Shown: piece after piece, positions 20,524-30,420 of the stretch
How positions within the stretch are numbered: the first letter of the stretch is position 1
Layout of the letters: the number at the start of each line of letters is the position of its first letter
Assembly (NCBI GenBank): GCA_965220105.1
Contig: OZ244811.1
Location: forward strand, 709,157 to 773,156
Source: Dehalococcoidia bacterium
Lineage (GTDB): Bacteria > Chloroflexota > Dehalococcoidia > Lucifugimonadales > UBA3495
Direction: 5' to 3'
DNA: 64,000 nucleotides
Notes under the pieces: model-generated
Told to the model about the DNA's origin: nothing
The model's database searches: none
The model's input: only the letters and a program-made list of their open reading frames with translations
Program-made: the position numbers and the translations under genes

Positions 20524-21651
20524 ATGACTTCCACGAAGAAGGATAGAAATGTAGTCGTCATCGAGTTGCAGGGCGGCAACGACGCCCTCAACACCGTGAT
20601 TCCCCATGGCAATGGCCTCTACTACGACTTCCGCTCCAACGTCGGCATCCCCCAGCAGGACGTGCTCCACCTCGACGACCAGGTGGGCTTGAACCCCAGC
20701 CTGGCCCCCATGAAGCACCTGTGGGACCAGGGCAACCTTGCCATCATCAACGGCATTGGCTACCCCAACCCTAACCGCTCCCACTTCCGCTCCCGGGACG
20801 TCTGGTACACCGCCGAGTCGGAAAAGATCGGCGCCGACGGCTGGCTGGGCGCAACCATCCGCGACCTGGACGCCCGTGGCGAAAACGTCCTCACCGGCGT
20901 CAACTTCGGACGCGGCCTGCCCCGGTCCATGGTCTGCAAGGGCGTACCCGTAGCTTCGGTGTCCAACCTCGAAACCTACGGCCTCATGCCCGATATCAAG
21001 GATGAAAAGGCCCGCCAGTACGCGCTGGAGGCCTTCAGCCGCATCTACGGGCCCACCGAGAGCCGCGACACCGTAGCCCAGGTCCTCGCCGAGACCGGCT
21101 CCAACGCCCTCAAGGGCGCCGACCGATTGCGAACTGCTCCCCAGGTGTATTCGTCCACGGTCGAGTACGCCGATTCCCCTATCGCCCAGTCCCTGCGTAA
21201 CGCCGCCCAGGTGATGTCCGCCGACCTCGGCACCCGCATCTACTACACCACTCACGGCAGCTTCGATACGCACAGCAACGAGGTGCCGGCCCACCACAAG
21301 CTGTGGACTGACGTGTCCACCGCCATCGCCGACTTCTCCTCCGACCTGGAGGAGCAGGGCCTGGCCGACGACACGCTGATCCTGGTGTTCTCGGAGTTCG
21401 GACGTCGCATCAAGGACAACGGCACCGGCACCGACCACGGTTCCGGCGGCGTCGCGTTCGTGATCGGCGGTTCGGTCAACGGCGGCCTATACGCTGACTA
21501 TCCGTCGCTGCGCCCGGAAGACCACTCGGAAGGCGACTTGCACTTCACCAACGACTTCCGCTCCACCTACGCCACCATCCTCAACCGGTGGCTGGAGCTG
21601 GACCCCATTCCCATCGTCCACGGCGACTACGAGCAGTTCAGCTTCGTGTAG
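20524..21651 (+). CDS. DUF1501 domain protein (no Tat signal)
   Basis: LQGGNDALNTVIP, YPNPNRSHFRS, FDTH, FSEFGRR..DNG.GTDHG, DFRS.YA. Confidence 0.93.
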   Translation: MTSTKKDRNVVVIELQGGNDALNTVIPHGNGLYYDFRSNVGIPQQDVLHLDDQVGLNPSLAPMKHLWDQGNLAIINGIGYPNPNRSHFRSRDVWYTAESEKIGADGWLGATIRDLDARGENVLTGVNFGRGLPRSMVCKGVPVASVSNLETYGLMPDIKDEKARQYALEAFSRIYGPTESRDTVAQVLAETGSNALKGADRLRTAPQVYSSTVEYADSPIAQSLRNAAQVMSADLGTRIYYTTHGSFDTHSNEVPAHHKLWTDVSTAIADFSSDLEEQGLADDTLILVFSEFGRRIKDNGTGTDHGSGGVAFVIGGSVNGGLYADYPSLRPEDHSEGDLHFTNDFRSTYATILNRWLELDPIPIVHGDYEQFSFV

Positions 21652-21674
21652 TTTCCAGGCTCACCCGTGACGAT

Positions 21675-21710
21675 AAGGCCCTGGCCCGGAACGTTCCGGG
21701 CCAGGGCCTT
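21675..21710. terminator. Perfect 36-bp palindrome, probable bidirectional terminator
   Basis: aaggccctggcccggaacgttccgggccagggcctt followed by gcctttt, between convergent operons. Confidence 0.7.
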
Positions 21711-21753
21711 GCCTTTTGAATGTGTGACCGGTAGCCGGGCGCTGATCGCTACG

Positions 21754-23460
21754 TCACTGCCCGATCACGTTCAGCAACGCCTGCCGTCCCTCGTCGCGCA
21801 CCGCCCGCAGTCCCCGTTCCAGCGCCGCCGGCACGTCCGCCGGGTCGTCGACCCGTTCGCTGTACCCGCCGGCAGCCTGGCAAATCAACTCGTACTGGAA
21901 GGATTGGGACAGCGTGGACACCGCAAAGTTGTTATTTCGCACGGCGTATCCGTCGGCGTAATTGACCTTGGTGGCGTTCTGCACCGCGTTCCAGATACCG
22001 TTGTTCCACACGATCGTGAGCACCGGCAGGTCCTGCGCCGCCGACACGATGTGACCCGCCGTGCCGGAGCCGAAGATGTAGGAACCGTCGCCCACGCAGC
22101 AAATGACGGTCTTGGCCGGGTCGGCCAGCTTGACCCCCAGCGAGGCCCCAACTCCCCAACCCAGCGCGGCGGAGGGAGGCGCCCCGAAATATCTCCCCGG
22201 ATGCCGGACGATGAGCTGTGCTGGATCGATCCCCAGCTCGTTTATAACGACGGTGTCGTCGTTCAACGCCGCCGACAGGCAACGGGTGAACCAGGCCTTG
22301 CTGATGGGCGAACTGGTCTGGCCGGCTTCGGCCTGGTTACGCAGCGTTTCGCTCCGTTTTGCGCTCCGGTCAGCCCAACCGCGGGAGCGAGCCGCCACCG
22401 CGTTAGAGTCAACTCCGGTTTCTCTGATACCGGCCACCAGGGCTTGCAGAATATAAGCAGGATTGCCCGATAGGTTCAGGTCTACGGGAAAACCCCGCAC
22501 CGGATAGTTGGAGAACAGCGCATCCTCCCCGATGGCGATGACCCGAGCGTCAGGCATCCCGCCGGCCCGCTTCGGTATCCAGGGCACGTCGGCTTCCAAA
22601 ACGACCACTGCGTCGGCGTCGCCCAGCCAGGGGCTAATGTCTCCTCCGCCGTACAACGGGTGGTCTATGGGGAAGTTGGCGTACAGCGCGCCGGCGTCGA
22701 AAACGGGCATCCCCAGAACGCGGGCCAGCTCGACCAGGTGGCCCACGGCCCCGGGGTCTTTGCCGGCCCCGCGCGTTGCCAGCACCGGATTCCGTGCGTT
22801 GACCAGTACCTCAACTGCCGCTTCGATGGCGGGTTGCGCCGGCAAGCGGCGGCCGGCGTGCTGTTGCCTCGATGCGTCCCCGTAGGAAAGTCCAGCCAGC
22901 TTCTCGGCGAGTACCTCCCGGGGCAGCGTCAGATACACCGGGCCGGCCGGCTCGGTCTGGGCGATGGCCAACGCTCGATCCACCACCACTTCCAGGTCGG
23001 CGCCGTGGCGGAGTTCGTAGTCCCACTTCACCCACTCCCGAACCATGGACGCCTGGTCGAAGGATTCCTGCGCCCAGTGGATGCTGCCGTCCCGGGAACC
23101 GTCAGCATCCCCTTCGGCGATGGGCGTGCGCCCGGCGGAGAACAGCATGGGAATGTTGCATCGGGCGGCGTTGACCACGCCGCCAATCGCGTTGGCCGTC
23201 CCGGGAACCGTATGCACCATCACCACCTGCGGGCGCCCGGTGACCATCGTGTACCCGTGGGCCATGCTCACGGCGGTAACTTCGTGGGGCACCGGGATCG
23301 GACGCGGCAGCGGCTGCTCCTGCTCCATCCGTTTGGCGTACGCCTCGATGATCGGTGCAAAGTCCGTACCGCCGTTGCCGAAGAAGTACTCGATGCCCCG
23401 GGCGGCCAGCAACTCCAGGTACGCCTCCGCCACGCTGTCCACGTTGGCGTGTGTCGTCAT
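21754..23460 (-). CDS. Thiamine-diphosphate-dependent enzyme (acetolactate synthase-like)
   Basis: FGNGGTDF, PHE..A.SMAHGY, GPVYL.LPRE, GDGSY...NN ThDP motif. Confidence 0.92.
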   Translation of the reverse strand: MTTHANVDSVAEAYLELLAARGIEYFFGNGGTDFAPIIEAYAKRMEQEQPLPRPIPVPHEVTAVSMAHGYTMVTGRPQVVMVHTVPGTANAIGGVVNAARCNIPMLFSAGRTPIAEGDADGSRDGSIHWAQESFDQASMVREWVKWDYELRHGADLEVVVDRALAIAQTEPAGPVYLTLPREVLAEKLAGLSYGDASRQQHAGRRLPAQPAIEAAVEVLVNARNPVLATRGAGKDPGAVGHLVELARVLGMPVFDAGALYANFPIDHPLYGGGDISPWLGDADAVVVLEADVPWIPKRAGGMPDARVIAIGEDALFSNYPVRGFPVDLNLSGNPAYILQALVAGIRETGVDSNAVAARSRGWADRSAKRSETLRNQAEAGQTSSPISKAWFTRCLSAALNDDTVVINELGIDPAQLIVRHPGRYFGAPPSAALGWGVGASLGVKLADPAKTVICCVGDGSYIFGSGTAGHIVSAAQDLPVLTIVWNNGIWNAVQNATKVNYADGYAVRNNNFAVSTLSQSFQYELICQAAGGYSERVDDPADVPAALERGLRAVRDEGRQALLNVIGQ

Positions 23461-23546
23461 ATTTCCTCCCGGGCGTCCGAGGGCCTTTCAATCTCAACGG
23501 GTGCGGCGAATTTATCGCGATTGGAGAGCCATGACGCAAAATGCCG

Positions 23547-24590
23547 TCACACGAAATTCGGTATGACCTTCTCGTTGATCAACCAGAGGCAGTTCAGCTG
23601 CAATTCCAGCGGAATCTGACGACCGAAGTTGATCTCGTACACGATCTGGGATAGGTGCAACTCTTCGATGAGCTGGCGCAGACGGTCGGTAACCGCCTCG
23701 GGCGTGCCGTACACCACCTTGTCCCGTAGCCAGTCGTCGTAGGTCATGCCGCCGATCCGATCCGCCTCCGCCCGCCAGTCGCCCGTTGTGCCCTGGCGGT
23801 CGGCGCTACCGGCGACCCGAGTGCTGAGCCCCTGCATCGACGCAACGGTGCTCTCTCGCGGCTGGTCGTAAGCCTGCTGCGCCGTCTCCGCCACGTAGAT
23901 GGGTATCCGCAGGCCCACGTTACCCTCGCCCTCGTGGCCGGCATCCTGCCACGCCGACCGGTAGCTGTTGATATTGGAAGCCAGCTCGGACAATGCGAAC
24001 ACCCGGGAGGGGTTGATGAATATCGGATACCCCATCCGCCCCACGATGGGGAACGTCTCCGCCGACGTGATGCCCACTCGGATCGGCGGGTGGGGACTCT
24101 GCAGCGGTTTCGGCTTGATGTTCAGTTCGTTGCACCGGTAGTGTTCACCCTCAAACGAAACCTTCTCTTCCGTCCACGCTTGCAGGATGATCTCCAGGTA
24201 CTCCTCGAACCGCCCCCGGCTCTCCGGGTAGGGCGAGTTGAAAGCATCGTGGTGGTCCGGAAACGTGCCCCGGCCGATCCCGAAGTCGATCCTGCCCTGG
24301 CTGATGTGGTCCAGCGTGGCCACTTCCTCGGCCACCCGCACCGGATTGCTGAGGGGCAACAGCAGCACGCCAAATCCGATGCGTGCCCGCTCAGTGCGCG
24401 ACGCCACCGCCGTGGCTACGGTGATGGGCGCCGAAAGCACGCTGAACGGCGAAAAGTGATACTCCGCCAGCCAGATGGAGTCCACCCCCATGCTTTCCGC
24501 CTCGTCCACCAGCTGGAAGCCGCGGGCGAAGGTTTCCCGGTCCGACGTCCCTTCCGGCGCGGTGAATTCGATGAATAATCCAAAATCCAT
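23547..24590 (-). CDS. LLM-class flavin-dependent oxidoreductase
   Basis: WLAEYHF, PVRVAEEVATLDHISQGR, PKPLQSPHPP, GTPEAV. Confidence 0.92.
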   Translation of the reverse strand: MDFGLFIEFTAPEGTSDRETFARGFQLVDEAESMGVDSIWLAEYHFSPFSVLSAPITVATAVASRTERARIGFGVLLLPLSNPVRVAEEVATLDHISQGRIDFGIGRGTFPDHHDAFNSPYPESRGRFEEYLEIILQAWTEEKVSFEGEHYRCNELNIKPKPLQSPHPPIRVGITSAETFPIVGRMGYPIFINPSRVFALSELASNINSYRSAWQDAGHEGEGNVGLRIPIYVAETAQQAYDQPRESTVASMQGLSTRVAGSADRQGTTGDWRAEADRIGGMTYDDWLRDKVVYGTPEAVTDRLRQLIEELHLSQIVYEINFGRQIPLELQLNCLWLINEKVIPNFV

Positions 24591-24599
24591 ACTGCTTGC

Positions 24600-25712
24600 T
24601 TACCCTCCCCATACCTCGCGACTGATTTCCGATACCAGCTCCAGTTTGCGCCATTGTTCGTCTTCCGTGAGCAGATTGCCGGCGGCGGTGGAGGCGAAGC
24701 CGCACTGCGGGCTCAGCGCCAGCCGCTCCACCGGAACCAGCGCGCTGGCCTCGTCGATGCGCGCCAGCAGGTAGTCCCGCGATTCCAGCGTCGGGTCCTT
24801 GCTGCTGATGAGGCCGAGCACCACCATCTTGTCGGCGGGCATGAACCGCAGGGGCTCGAACGTGCCGGCCCGCTCCGTGTCGTACTCCAACAGGAAACGG
24901 TCCACCGGTAACGAGCCGAATAGCTTTTCGGCGATGGTCTCGTATCCGCCCTCGGCGTACCATTTGCTCTGGTTGTTCCCGCGACAGATGTGCAATGCCA
25001 GGGTGGCGCCGGGACGCCGGGCCCCCTCCAGACAATAGGTGTCTGCCGCCACCGCTTCGGTGAACATCTGGTCAGGGTCTTCGCCCAACTCCCGCAGATG
25101 CTCCCGCCACCGGGCGTCCACATAGTAGCTGTAGCGGGGCGCGTCAATCTGGACGTACTGCACGCCGGAGTCCAGCAACGCCCCAATCTCCGCCTTGATA
25201 ATCTCAGCGATGTCCCACAGCAGGTCCGAGCGGGTGGGGTAGTACCGGTCGGTCAGGCCCGCCTGGTAGCTGATGGCCGGATACTGGCTGGGGCTCGGCA
25301 CCGTCACCTTGACCGGGCCCGGGGCGTACGATTGCATGAACTCCGCCTGGTACTGGGTCAACCGGCGCAACTGGCGCAGCCTGGACCCCACCACCTGCCT
25401 CGTGCCCTGTTCGGTCGGTTCGCCGCCCGGGCCTCGCCACACCCGCACCACCACCGGGTCGTCCGTTTCGACGTACCCTTCCACCGCCTCGATGAGATCG
25501 TTCTGAAATCCGGTGCGGCGGAACTCACCGTCGGTATAGATGTCGACTCCGGCGGCCTGCTGGTGCTCCAGAACATGCAGGATGGCCGCGTCTTCGATGA
25601 CCCGCAGCTGATGCTGTTCCAGCGTCCCCTCCCGGTAGGCGGCCCGGGCCCGGTGTACGCCGGGAGGGCGCAGCAGGCTCCCCACATGGTCGGCTCGATA
25701 AACTTCCGGCAT
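24600..25712 (-). CDS. Cobalamin-independent methionine synthase II family (single-domain MetE-like) protein
   Basis: RADHVGSLLRP, TDGEFRR, QIDAP, HICRGN, LEYD..RAG, LSPQCGFAS. Confidence 0.92.
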   Translation of the reverse strand: MPEVYRADHVGSLLRPPGVHRARAAYREGTLEQHQLRVIEDAAILHVLEHQQAAGVDIYTDGEFRRTGFQNDLIEAVEGYVETDDPVVVRVWRGPGGEPTEQGTRQVVGSRLRQLRRLTQYQAEFMQSYAPGPVKVTVPSPSQYPAISYQAGLTDRYYPTRSDLLWDIAEIIKAEIGALLDSGVQYVQIDAPRYSYYVDARWREHLRELGEDPDQMFTEAVAADTYCLEGARRPGATLALHICRGNNQSKWYAEGGYETIAEKLFGSLPVDRFLLEYDTERAGTFEPLRFMPADKMVVLGLISSKDPTLESRDYLLARIDEASALVPVERLALSPQCGFASTAAGNLLTEDEQWRKLELVSEISREVWGG

Positions 25713-25772
25713 GGCGTTACTTCCCGCCAGGTGGCTTCCGGATCATCCGGCATGTTCCGGCATTGCGGGGCG

Positions 25773-26438
25773 TCATGACGCGACGCTTTCCGTCTGATCC
25801 ACCACCGGGTACGATTCTCCCCACTTATCCAGGTAGACGAAATCGTTGAGCGCACCCCGGCGTACCGGCCCGAAGTTACCCATTGGATAGCCGATGGGCA
25901 GGATGGCGTAGGAGTGCACCCCGGTCGGCAGGCCCAGGATGGCTTCCACTTCCTTTTCGTGGCGCAGGTGCCGCGACGTCAGCGTGGAACCCAGACCCAG
26001 CGCCCGCGCCGCCAGCAGCATGTTCTGCACCGCCGGATAGATGGACGCGCCGGATGCCCGGTTGGGCGTGTCGGTACCGTGGTCCTGGCAGGCCACGATC
26101 CACACCGGCGCCTCGTGGTAGTGGTCGGTCAGATACTCCACGGCGTCGTGTTGACGGCGGTAGCGGCTCGGGCTGGAACCCGGAGGCGGTTCGGCGTTGC
26201 GGTAGCGTGGGCCAACGACTTCGTCGAAGGCCTTCTTGTACCACTTCTGGACCTGCTCCTTGATGCTCCCGTCCTTGATCACCAGGAAGCGCCAGGGCTG
26301 GTTGTTGCCGCCGTTGGCCGCGCAGACGCCGGCCTCCAGTATCTGCCGGATCAGTTCATCCGGCACCGGATCGGGCTTGAGCCGCCGCATCGCCCGCGTC
26401 GTCCGCATGATGTGAAATAGTTCCGTACCTTCCGCCAT
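25773..26438 (-). CDS. Nitroreductase family protein
   Basis: TTRAMRRLKPDPVP, A.NGGN.QPWRF, SIYPAVQNMLLAARALGLG, PIGYP. Confidence 0.9.
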   Translation of the reverse strand: MAEGTELFHIMRTTRAMRRLKPDPVPDELIRQILEAGVCAANGGNNQPWRFLVIKDGSIKEQVQKWYKKAFDEVVGPRYRNAEPPPGSSPSRYRRQHDAVEYLTDHYHEAPVWIVACQDHGTDTPNRASGASIYPAVQNMLLAARALGLGSTLTSRHLRHEKEVEAILGLPTGVHSYAILPIGYPMGNFGPVRRGALNDFVYLDKWGESYPVVDQTESVAS

Positions 26439-26487
26439 GATTTCCTCCATGTTGTAAAACCCAAACGTGTGGGCAAAATATCCGTCA

Positions 26488-27255
26488 TCAAAACCGGGGA
26501 GCCCGCTTTTCCAGGAAGGCATTCATCGCCTCCCGGGGATGCCCGGTAGCGAAGCATAGCGCGAACGCCTTGATGCTGTACTCTGCCGCGGCTTCCTCGC
26601 CCATCTCCAGCCAGCCGGAGATGATTTGCTTCTGCGCGGTCAGCACGTAACGGCTCATCCCGTTGAACTGGCGGGCTACTTCAAATGCAGTTTGCTCCAA
26701 CTCGCAGCCGTCCACCACCTGGTCGACCAATCCCAGTCGCAGCGCTTCGGCGGCATCAACTGTTTCGCCGGTCAGCAACAATTTGCGTGCCCGCCCCAGC
26801 CCTACCGTCGGCGGCAGCAACGATGCTTCGATGACCGACGGCAAACCCACCCGCACCTCCGGCAGCCCGAAAATGGCGTCCTCGGCAGCGACCCGAATGT
26901 CGCCGGCCAGCGCCAGCTCCAGCGCGCCGCCCAGGCACGGCCCGCGAATCGCCACCACCACGGGCAGCGGGGCGTTGAGCAGGCTGCGCGCCGCGCCGTG
27001 CAACGTCCGGATGAACTCCTCGGCCCGCAACGGGTCCAGGTCCTTCATCTCGTGCAGGTCAACCCCTGCCGAGAATGCCCGGTCGCCGGCGCCCCGCAGG
27101 ACAATGGCACGCAGGCCCTCGTCTTCGCCACACTCTTGCACCCGCTGCCGCAACCCCTCAAAAACGCCCGGGCCAAGCAGGTTCAGGTGAGTGCGACCCT
27201 CGATGCTGAGCGTGGCGATGCCGTCGTCGCGCTCCAGGTGTACGCCGGTTGCCAT
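26488..27255 (-). CDS. Enoyl-CoA hydratase/isomerase family protein
   Basis: AFSAGVDL, GPCLGGALELALAGDIR, FGLPEVRVG, AFLEKRAP. Confidence 0.92.
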   Translation of the reverse strand: MATGVHLERDDGIATLSIEGRTHLNLLGPGVFEGLRQRVQECGEDEGLRAIVLRGAGDRAFSAGVDLHEMKDLDPLRAEEFIRTLHGAARSLLNAPLPVVVAIRGPCLGGALELALAGDIRVAAEDAIFGLPEVRVGLPSVIEASLLPPTVGLGRARKLLLTGETVDAAEALRLGLVDQVVDGCELEQTAFEVARQFNGMSRYVLTAQKQIISGWLEMGEEAAAEYSIKAFALCFATGHPREAMNAFLEKRAPRF

Positions 27256-27256
27256 G

Positions 27257-28069
27257 TCAGTCGTTGTCGGCGACTCCGGCAGCGGCCGGCTCGCGCGTCG
27301 ATACGGCGGCGCTCTCGATGAAACGGAGCGCCTCGAAGTTGAAGATATCCGGCTTCTCGAAGTAAACCGAATGTCCGGCCTCGGGCACCCGCAGCAGCCG
27401 GGAACCCGGGATCGCCCGCGCCCCCGCCTCGATCACCTGGGGCGGCGACAGGTCGTCGTCCTCGCCCACGAAAAACAGCACCGGCATATCCAGCGCTCCC
27501 ACCTGCGCCGCGCTCGGCCCCGCCGGTTGGCCCCCGGGCGGGTCGTGCCGGGGCGGGTTGGTGCGGGATATCTGCAGGTACAGGTTGGCCAGGTTGGGCG
27601 TCCGCTGCACGAACAGCGGCGACACCGCCCGGAAGCCTATCTCGCCGCTGGGCGTCTGGGACTCGCGCCAGATGCGCTGCTGCTCCAGCACCTCCGGCGC
27701 CTCCATACCGCCCACCGTGTCCGCCATGACCAGGCTCTTGACCCGGTGCGGGTAGGCCACCGCAAACCCCAGCATGGTGCGTCCGCCCATCGACTGCGCC
27801 ACCAGGTGCGCCGACTCGATTCCCAGGTGGTCCAGCAGGCCCCGCAGGTCTTCGACAAACGCTCCGGAACCTGGCCCCCCGTCCGCATCGTAGGAGTGCC
27901 CAAACCCCCGGTGGTCAAACGTGACGCACCGGTAGCGCTGGGAGAAGAAGGGTATCTGTTGCCACCAGCTCAGCAGATTGCCGCCGGCGCCGTGGGCAAA
28001 CACGATGGCCTCCCCCTCGCCATAGCTCTGGTAGTGCAGGTCTATTCCGTTGATTCTTGCGCTGCTCAC
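27257..28069 (-). CDS. Alpha/beta-fold hydrolase
   Basis: GTG 28069 after ggaggt; HGAGGN, DHRGFG, AQSMGG nucleophile elbow, GHSVYFE. Confidence 0.9.
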   Translation of the reverse strand: MSSARINGIDLHYQSYGEGEAIVFAHGAGGNLLSWWQQIPFFSQRYRCVTFDHRGFGHSYDADGGPGSGAFVEDLRGLLDHLGIESAHLVAQSMGGRTMLGFAVAYPHRVKSLVMADTVGGMEAPEVLEQQRIWRESQTPSGEIGFRAVSPLFVQRTPNLANLYLQISRTNPPRHDPPGGQPAGPSAAQVGALDMPVLFFVGEDDDLSPPQVIEAGARAIPGSRLLRVPEAGHSVYFEKPDIFNFEALRFIESAAVSTREPAAAGVADND

Positions 28070-28122
28070 GTTACACCTCCCAAGCGGGAAATCCGGCCTC
28101 ATGTTTTGGCGACTATCATACC

Positions 28123-28273
28123 TAAACTAAAGCCAAGGTGGGATGTACATTTAAGTGGCGATGATGATCAGCTGGGGTTAAGCCCGTGAATCCCTCTCAT
28201 CCGTAGTTGGAGAACGACCCGGCTCCGTCGTTTGACCCCCACCATCTGCGCATTTCACCTTGGCTTTAGTTTA
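28123..28273. mobile_element. Probable MITE (~150 bp, non-coding, terminal inverted repeats)
   Basis: taaactaaagccaaggtg (28123-28140) and caccttggctttagttta (28256-28273) are a perfect 18-bp IR that extends imperfectly inward; TA at both outer ends. Confidence 0.65.
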
Positions 28274-29080
28274 GGTTCTGTTGACATTTCACCGTAGCCA
28301 GATGAGAGCGGCGGTGAAATGCAGGAAGCCCAGGTATCTGGTGTCCAGCTTCTCAAACCGGGAGAAGATCCGGCGATAGTGCTTGATCTTGTTGATGAAG
28401 CATTCCACCAGATGACGCTCCCGGTACAGATGCCGGTCATAGTCGGCGGGTTCCTTGCGGTTTGAGCGGGGCGGAATGACCGGCATCATACCCAGTCCCA
28501 GAATGTGTCGGCGAAACTCCTGGGCATCGTACCCTTTGTCGGCCAGTACGTGCTCGCCAGCATAACCGGCGATCAAACCCTCCGCCTGGGTGATGTCGTG
28601 CTGTTGCCCGCCGGTCAGGATGAATCGCAAGGGGTTGCCCAAGCCGTCCACGCTCACGTGAATCTTGGCGCTGAACCCGCCGCGGCTCCGGCCCAGGGCC
28701 TGGGCAGCCTGGCCACCCTTTTTGGGGGAGCTCCTGCCGCGCAAGGGTGCGCCCGAACCACCGTGCTGTCGATGATCAGGTATTCCAGATCCGCATCGTC
28801 GGAGCAATGTTGATGCATTTGTGCCCAGACCCCTTGGTCAGTCCAACGGGCGAATCGTTTGTAGACGGTGTTCCAGTTCCCGTATTCGGCCGGCAGCAGT
28901 CGCCACTGGGCCCCAGAGCGGTTAATCCATAAGACGGCCTCGACAAAACGCCGGCAATCCGCTTCCTGGCCAACGTACAGGCCGGTGCAGCCACGCAAGA
29001 AATCGAGAATCCTGGCCCACTGTTCTGGTGATAGTCTGATGTTTGACATACAGCCATTATAATGAAATGTCAACAGAACC
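28274..29080 (-). mobile_element. IS5-family element (IS427-like), complete
   Basis: 18-bp perfect TIR ggttctgttgacatttca / tgaaatgtcaacagaacc; TA on both flanks; two overlapping transposase ORFs. Confidence 0.92.
28289..29049 (-). CDS. IS5-family transposase, two ORFs joined by probable -1 frameshift
   Basis: OrfA W..LP..YGNWNTVYKRF.RW, IDST.VRAH; OrfB ALGRSRGG, LADKGYD, Y.ERHLVE.F..K.K.YRRI..R..K; slippery cccccaaaaaggg near 28720-28730. Confidence 0.88.
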
Positions 29081-29082
29081 TA

Positions 29083-30180
29083 ATGCCGACCACAATTCAA
29101 TACGCTCAACTGGACGACCGCATCGTTGGCCTCGGTGACGTGGGACGCGGACAGCAGGGCCTGACTTGCATCACCTGTGGCGACCGCCTGATCGTCAAGG
29201 ACGGACGTGGGACCCGAACCAAAGCGGACACGCGCCGCAGGCCCCCCAGAACGAAGCACTTCTCCCACACCTCGAACAGCCAGTGCCACGGAGAGGGACC
29301 GGCACACTACCGGCTCAAGATGGGAATCGCCGAGTCGATCCGAATGGCACTCACTATGCCCGCCGACCAGAGAAACTCCCGTGGCTACATCCACTACCGG
29401 TGCCCCGACGAGCAATACGGCGTGAACTGCCTCTTCAAAGGCGCGCCGCCCAGCAACTTGGAACCCCAAGGATTTCAACAACTTCAACTCGGGTACCATC
29501 AGTTCGACCTCCTCAAAGGGCTCACCGAGGTGAAAACCGAAGCACGGCTCTCCGGCGGCAAAACCCGCGCTGACATCGCCGGCTTTGACGCTCACGGCGA
29601 ACCAATCTGGATCATCGAGATCGTCCGGTCCACGCTCAGCAACTCGGCAACCCAAAATGCCGAAGATACCAAGCTGCCGTTGTTCGTCATCGACGTCAGC
29701 ACTCTGCCGGTTGACAGCGAACCACAGCGTTTGAAGGAGCTTTCGAACCGGCTCTTCATCATCATGGAAGACAACGTTGCCCATGGTTTCTACCCCGCCG
29801 CGGACAGATCACACAACGTCCAGTGCGAACGAAAGGCGTTCGGCATGGGCCCTAAAGACCACCAGTGGCACAAGGAACGGGCTTACCTCCACGTCAGCGC
29901 CGCGGACTGTACGGACCATCCGGACTGTCCCGGATGCGAACTCGTGCTGCTCCACGAGTGCAACGGCGGAGCGCCGGAAGCCATGACCTGTCCGGACAGC
30001 TGGTACATGTTCGAGAAGGGGATCACGCCCATCGAGATGTACACCCAACCCGTGCACCTGGTGAAGAGCCACATCCCCGACTTCTCGAACCGCTTCAATC
30101 CGAACGCGAAGGAATCGCCACCAGGATGGCTCACGACGGTCGCCGTCCAGATGGTGAGCAGCACGGGCGCCGGCGTCTGA
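29083..30180 (+). CDS. CoiA-like protein: N-terminal Zn-ribbon plus PD-(D/E)XK nuclease-like domain
   Basis: CITCGDRL..K.G...KHFSH...C.GEG..H...K; TEARL...RADI.......IIEIVRS; Cys/His-rich tail; true ATG lies just outside the IS5 TIR. Confidence 0.65.
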   Translation: MPTTIQYAQLDDRIVGLGDVGRGQQGLTCITCGDRLIVKDGRGTRTKADTRRRPPRTKHFSHTSNSQCHGEGPAHYRLKMGIAESIRMALTMPADQRNSRGYIHYRCPDEQYGVNCLFKGAPPSNLEPQGFQQLQLGYHQFDLLKGLTEVKTEARLSGGKTRADIAGFDAHGEPIWIIEIVRSTLSNSATQNAEDTKLPLFVIDVSTLPVDSEPQRLKELSNRLFIIMEDNVAHGFYPAADRSHNVQCERKAFGMGPKDHQWHKERAYLHVSAADCTDHPDCPGCELVLLHECNGGAPEAMTCPDSWYMFEKGITPIEMYTQPVHLVKSHIPDFSNRFNPNAKESPPGWLTTVAVQMVSSTGAGV

Positions 30181-30420
30181 CCCCTGTCCCCTGGGACACG
30201 CGCCCGTGTTCCTAAGGACGCTCTACGCTGGCCTACATTCACGACAGCCGTCCGTCCACGCCAACTCCCCACGGATTCAGTTGGCTACAGCGTTCACCTG
30301 ATGCCACCACTCGGATTGGTCAACGTACGTCGGCAGGTATCGCTAATGGTGCCCAGCGCGCGGGGTGGTGATAGCCACAGGTAGTGTGCGACAGGTAACC
30401 GCATCATCGGCGTTGAACTA

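Noticed and set aside
29062-29082. ATG at 29062 as start of the CoiA-like gene
   Set aside because: It overlaps the IS5 terminal inverted repeat; 29083 is the first ATG outside it
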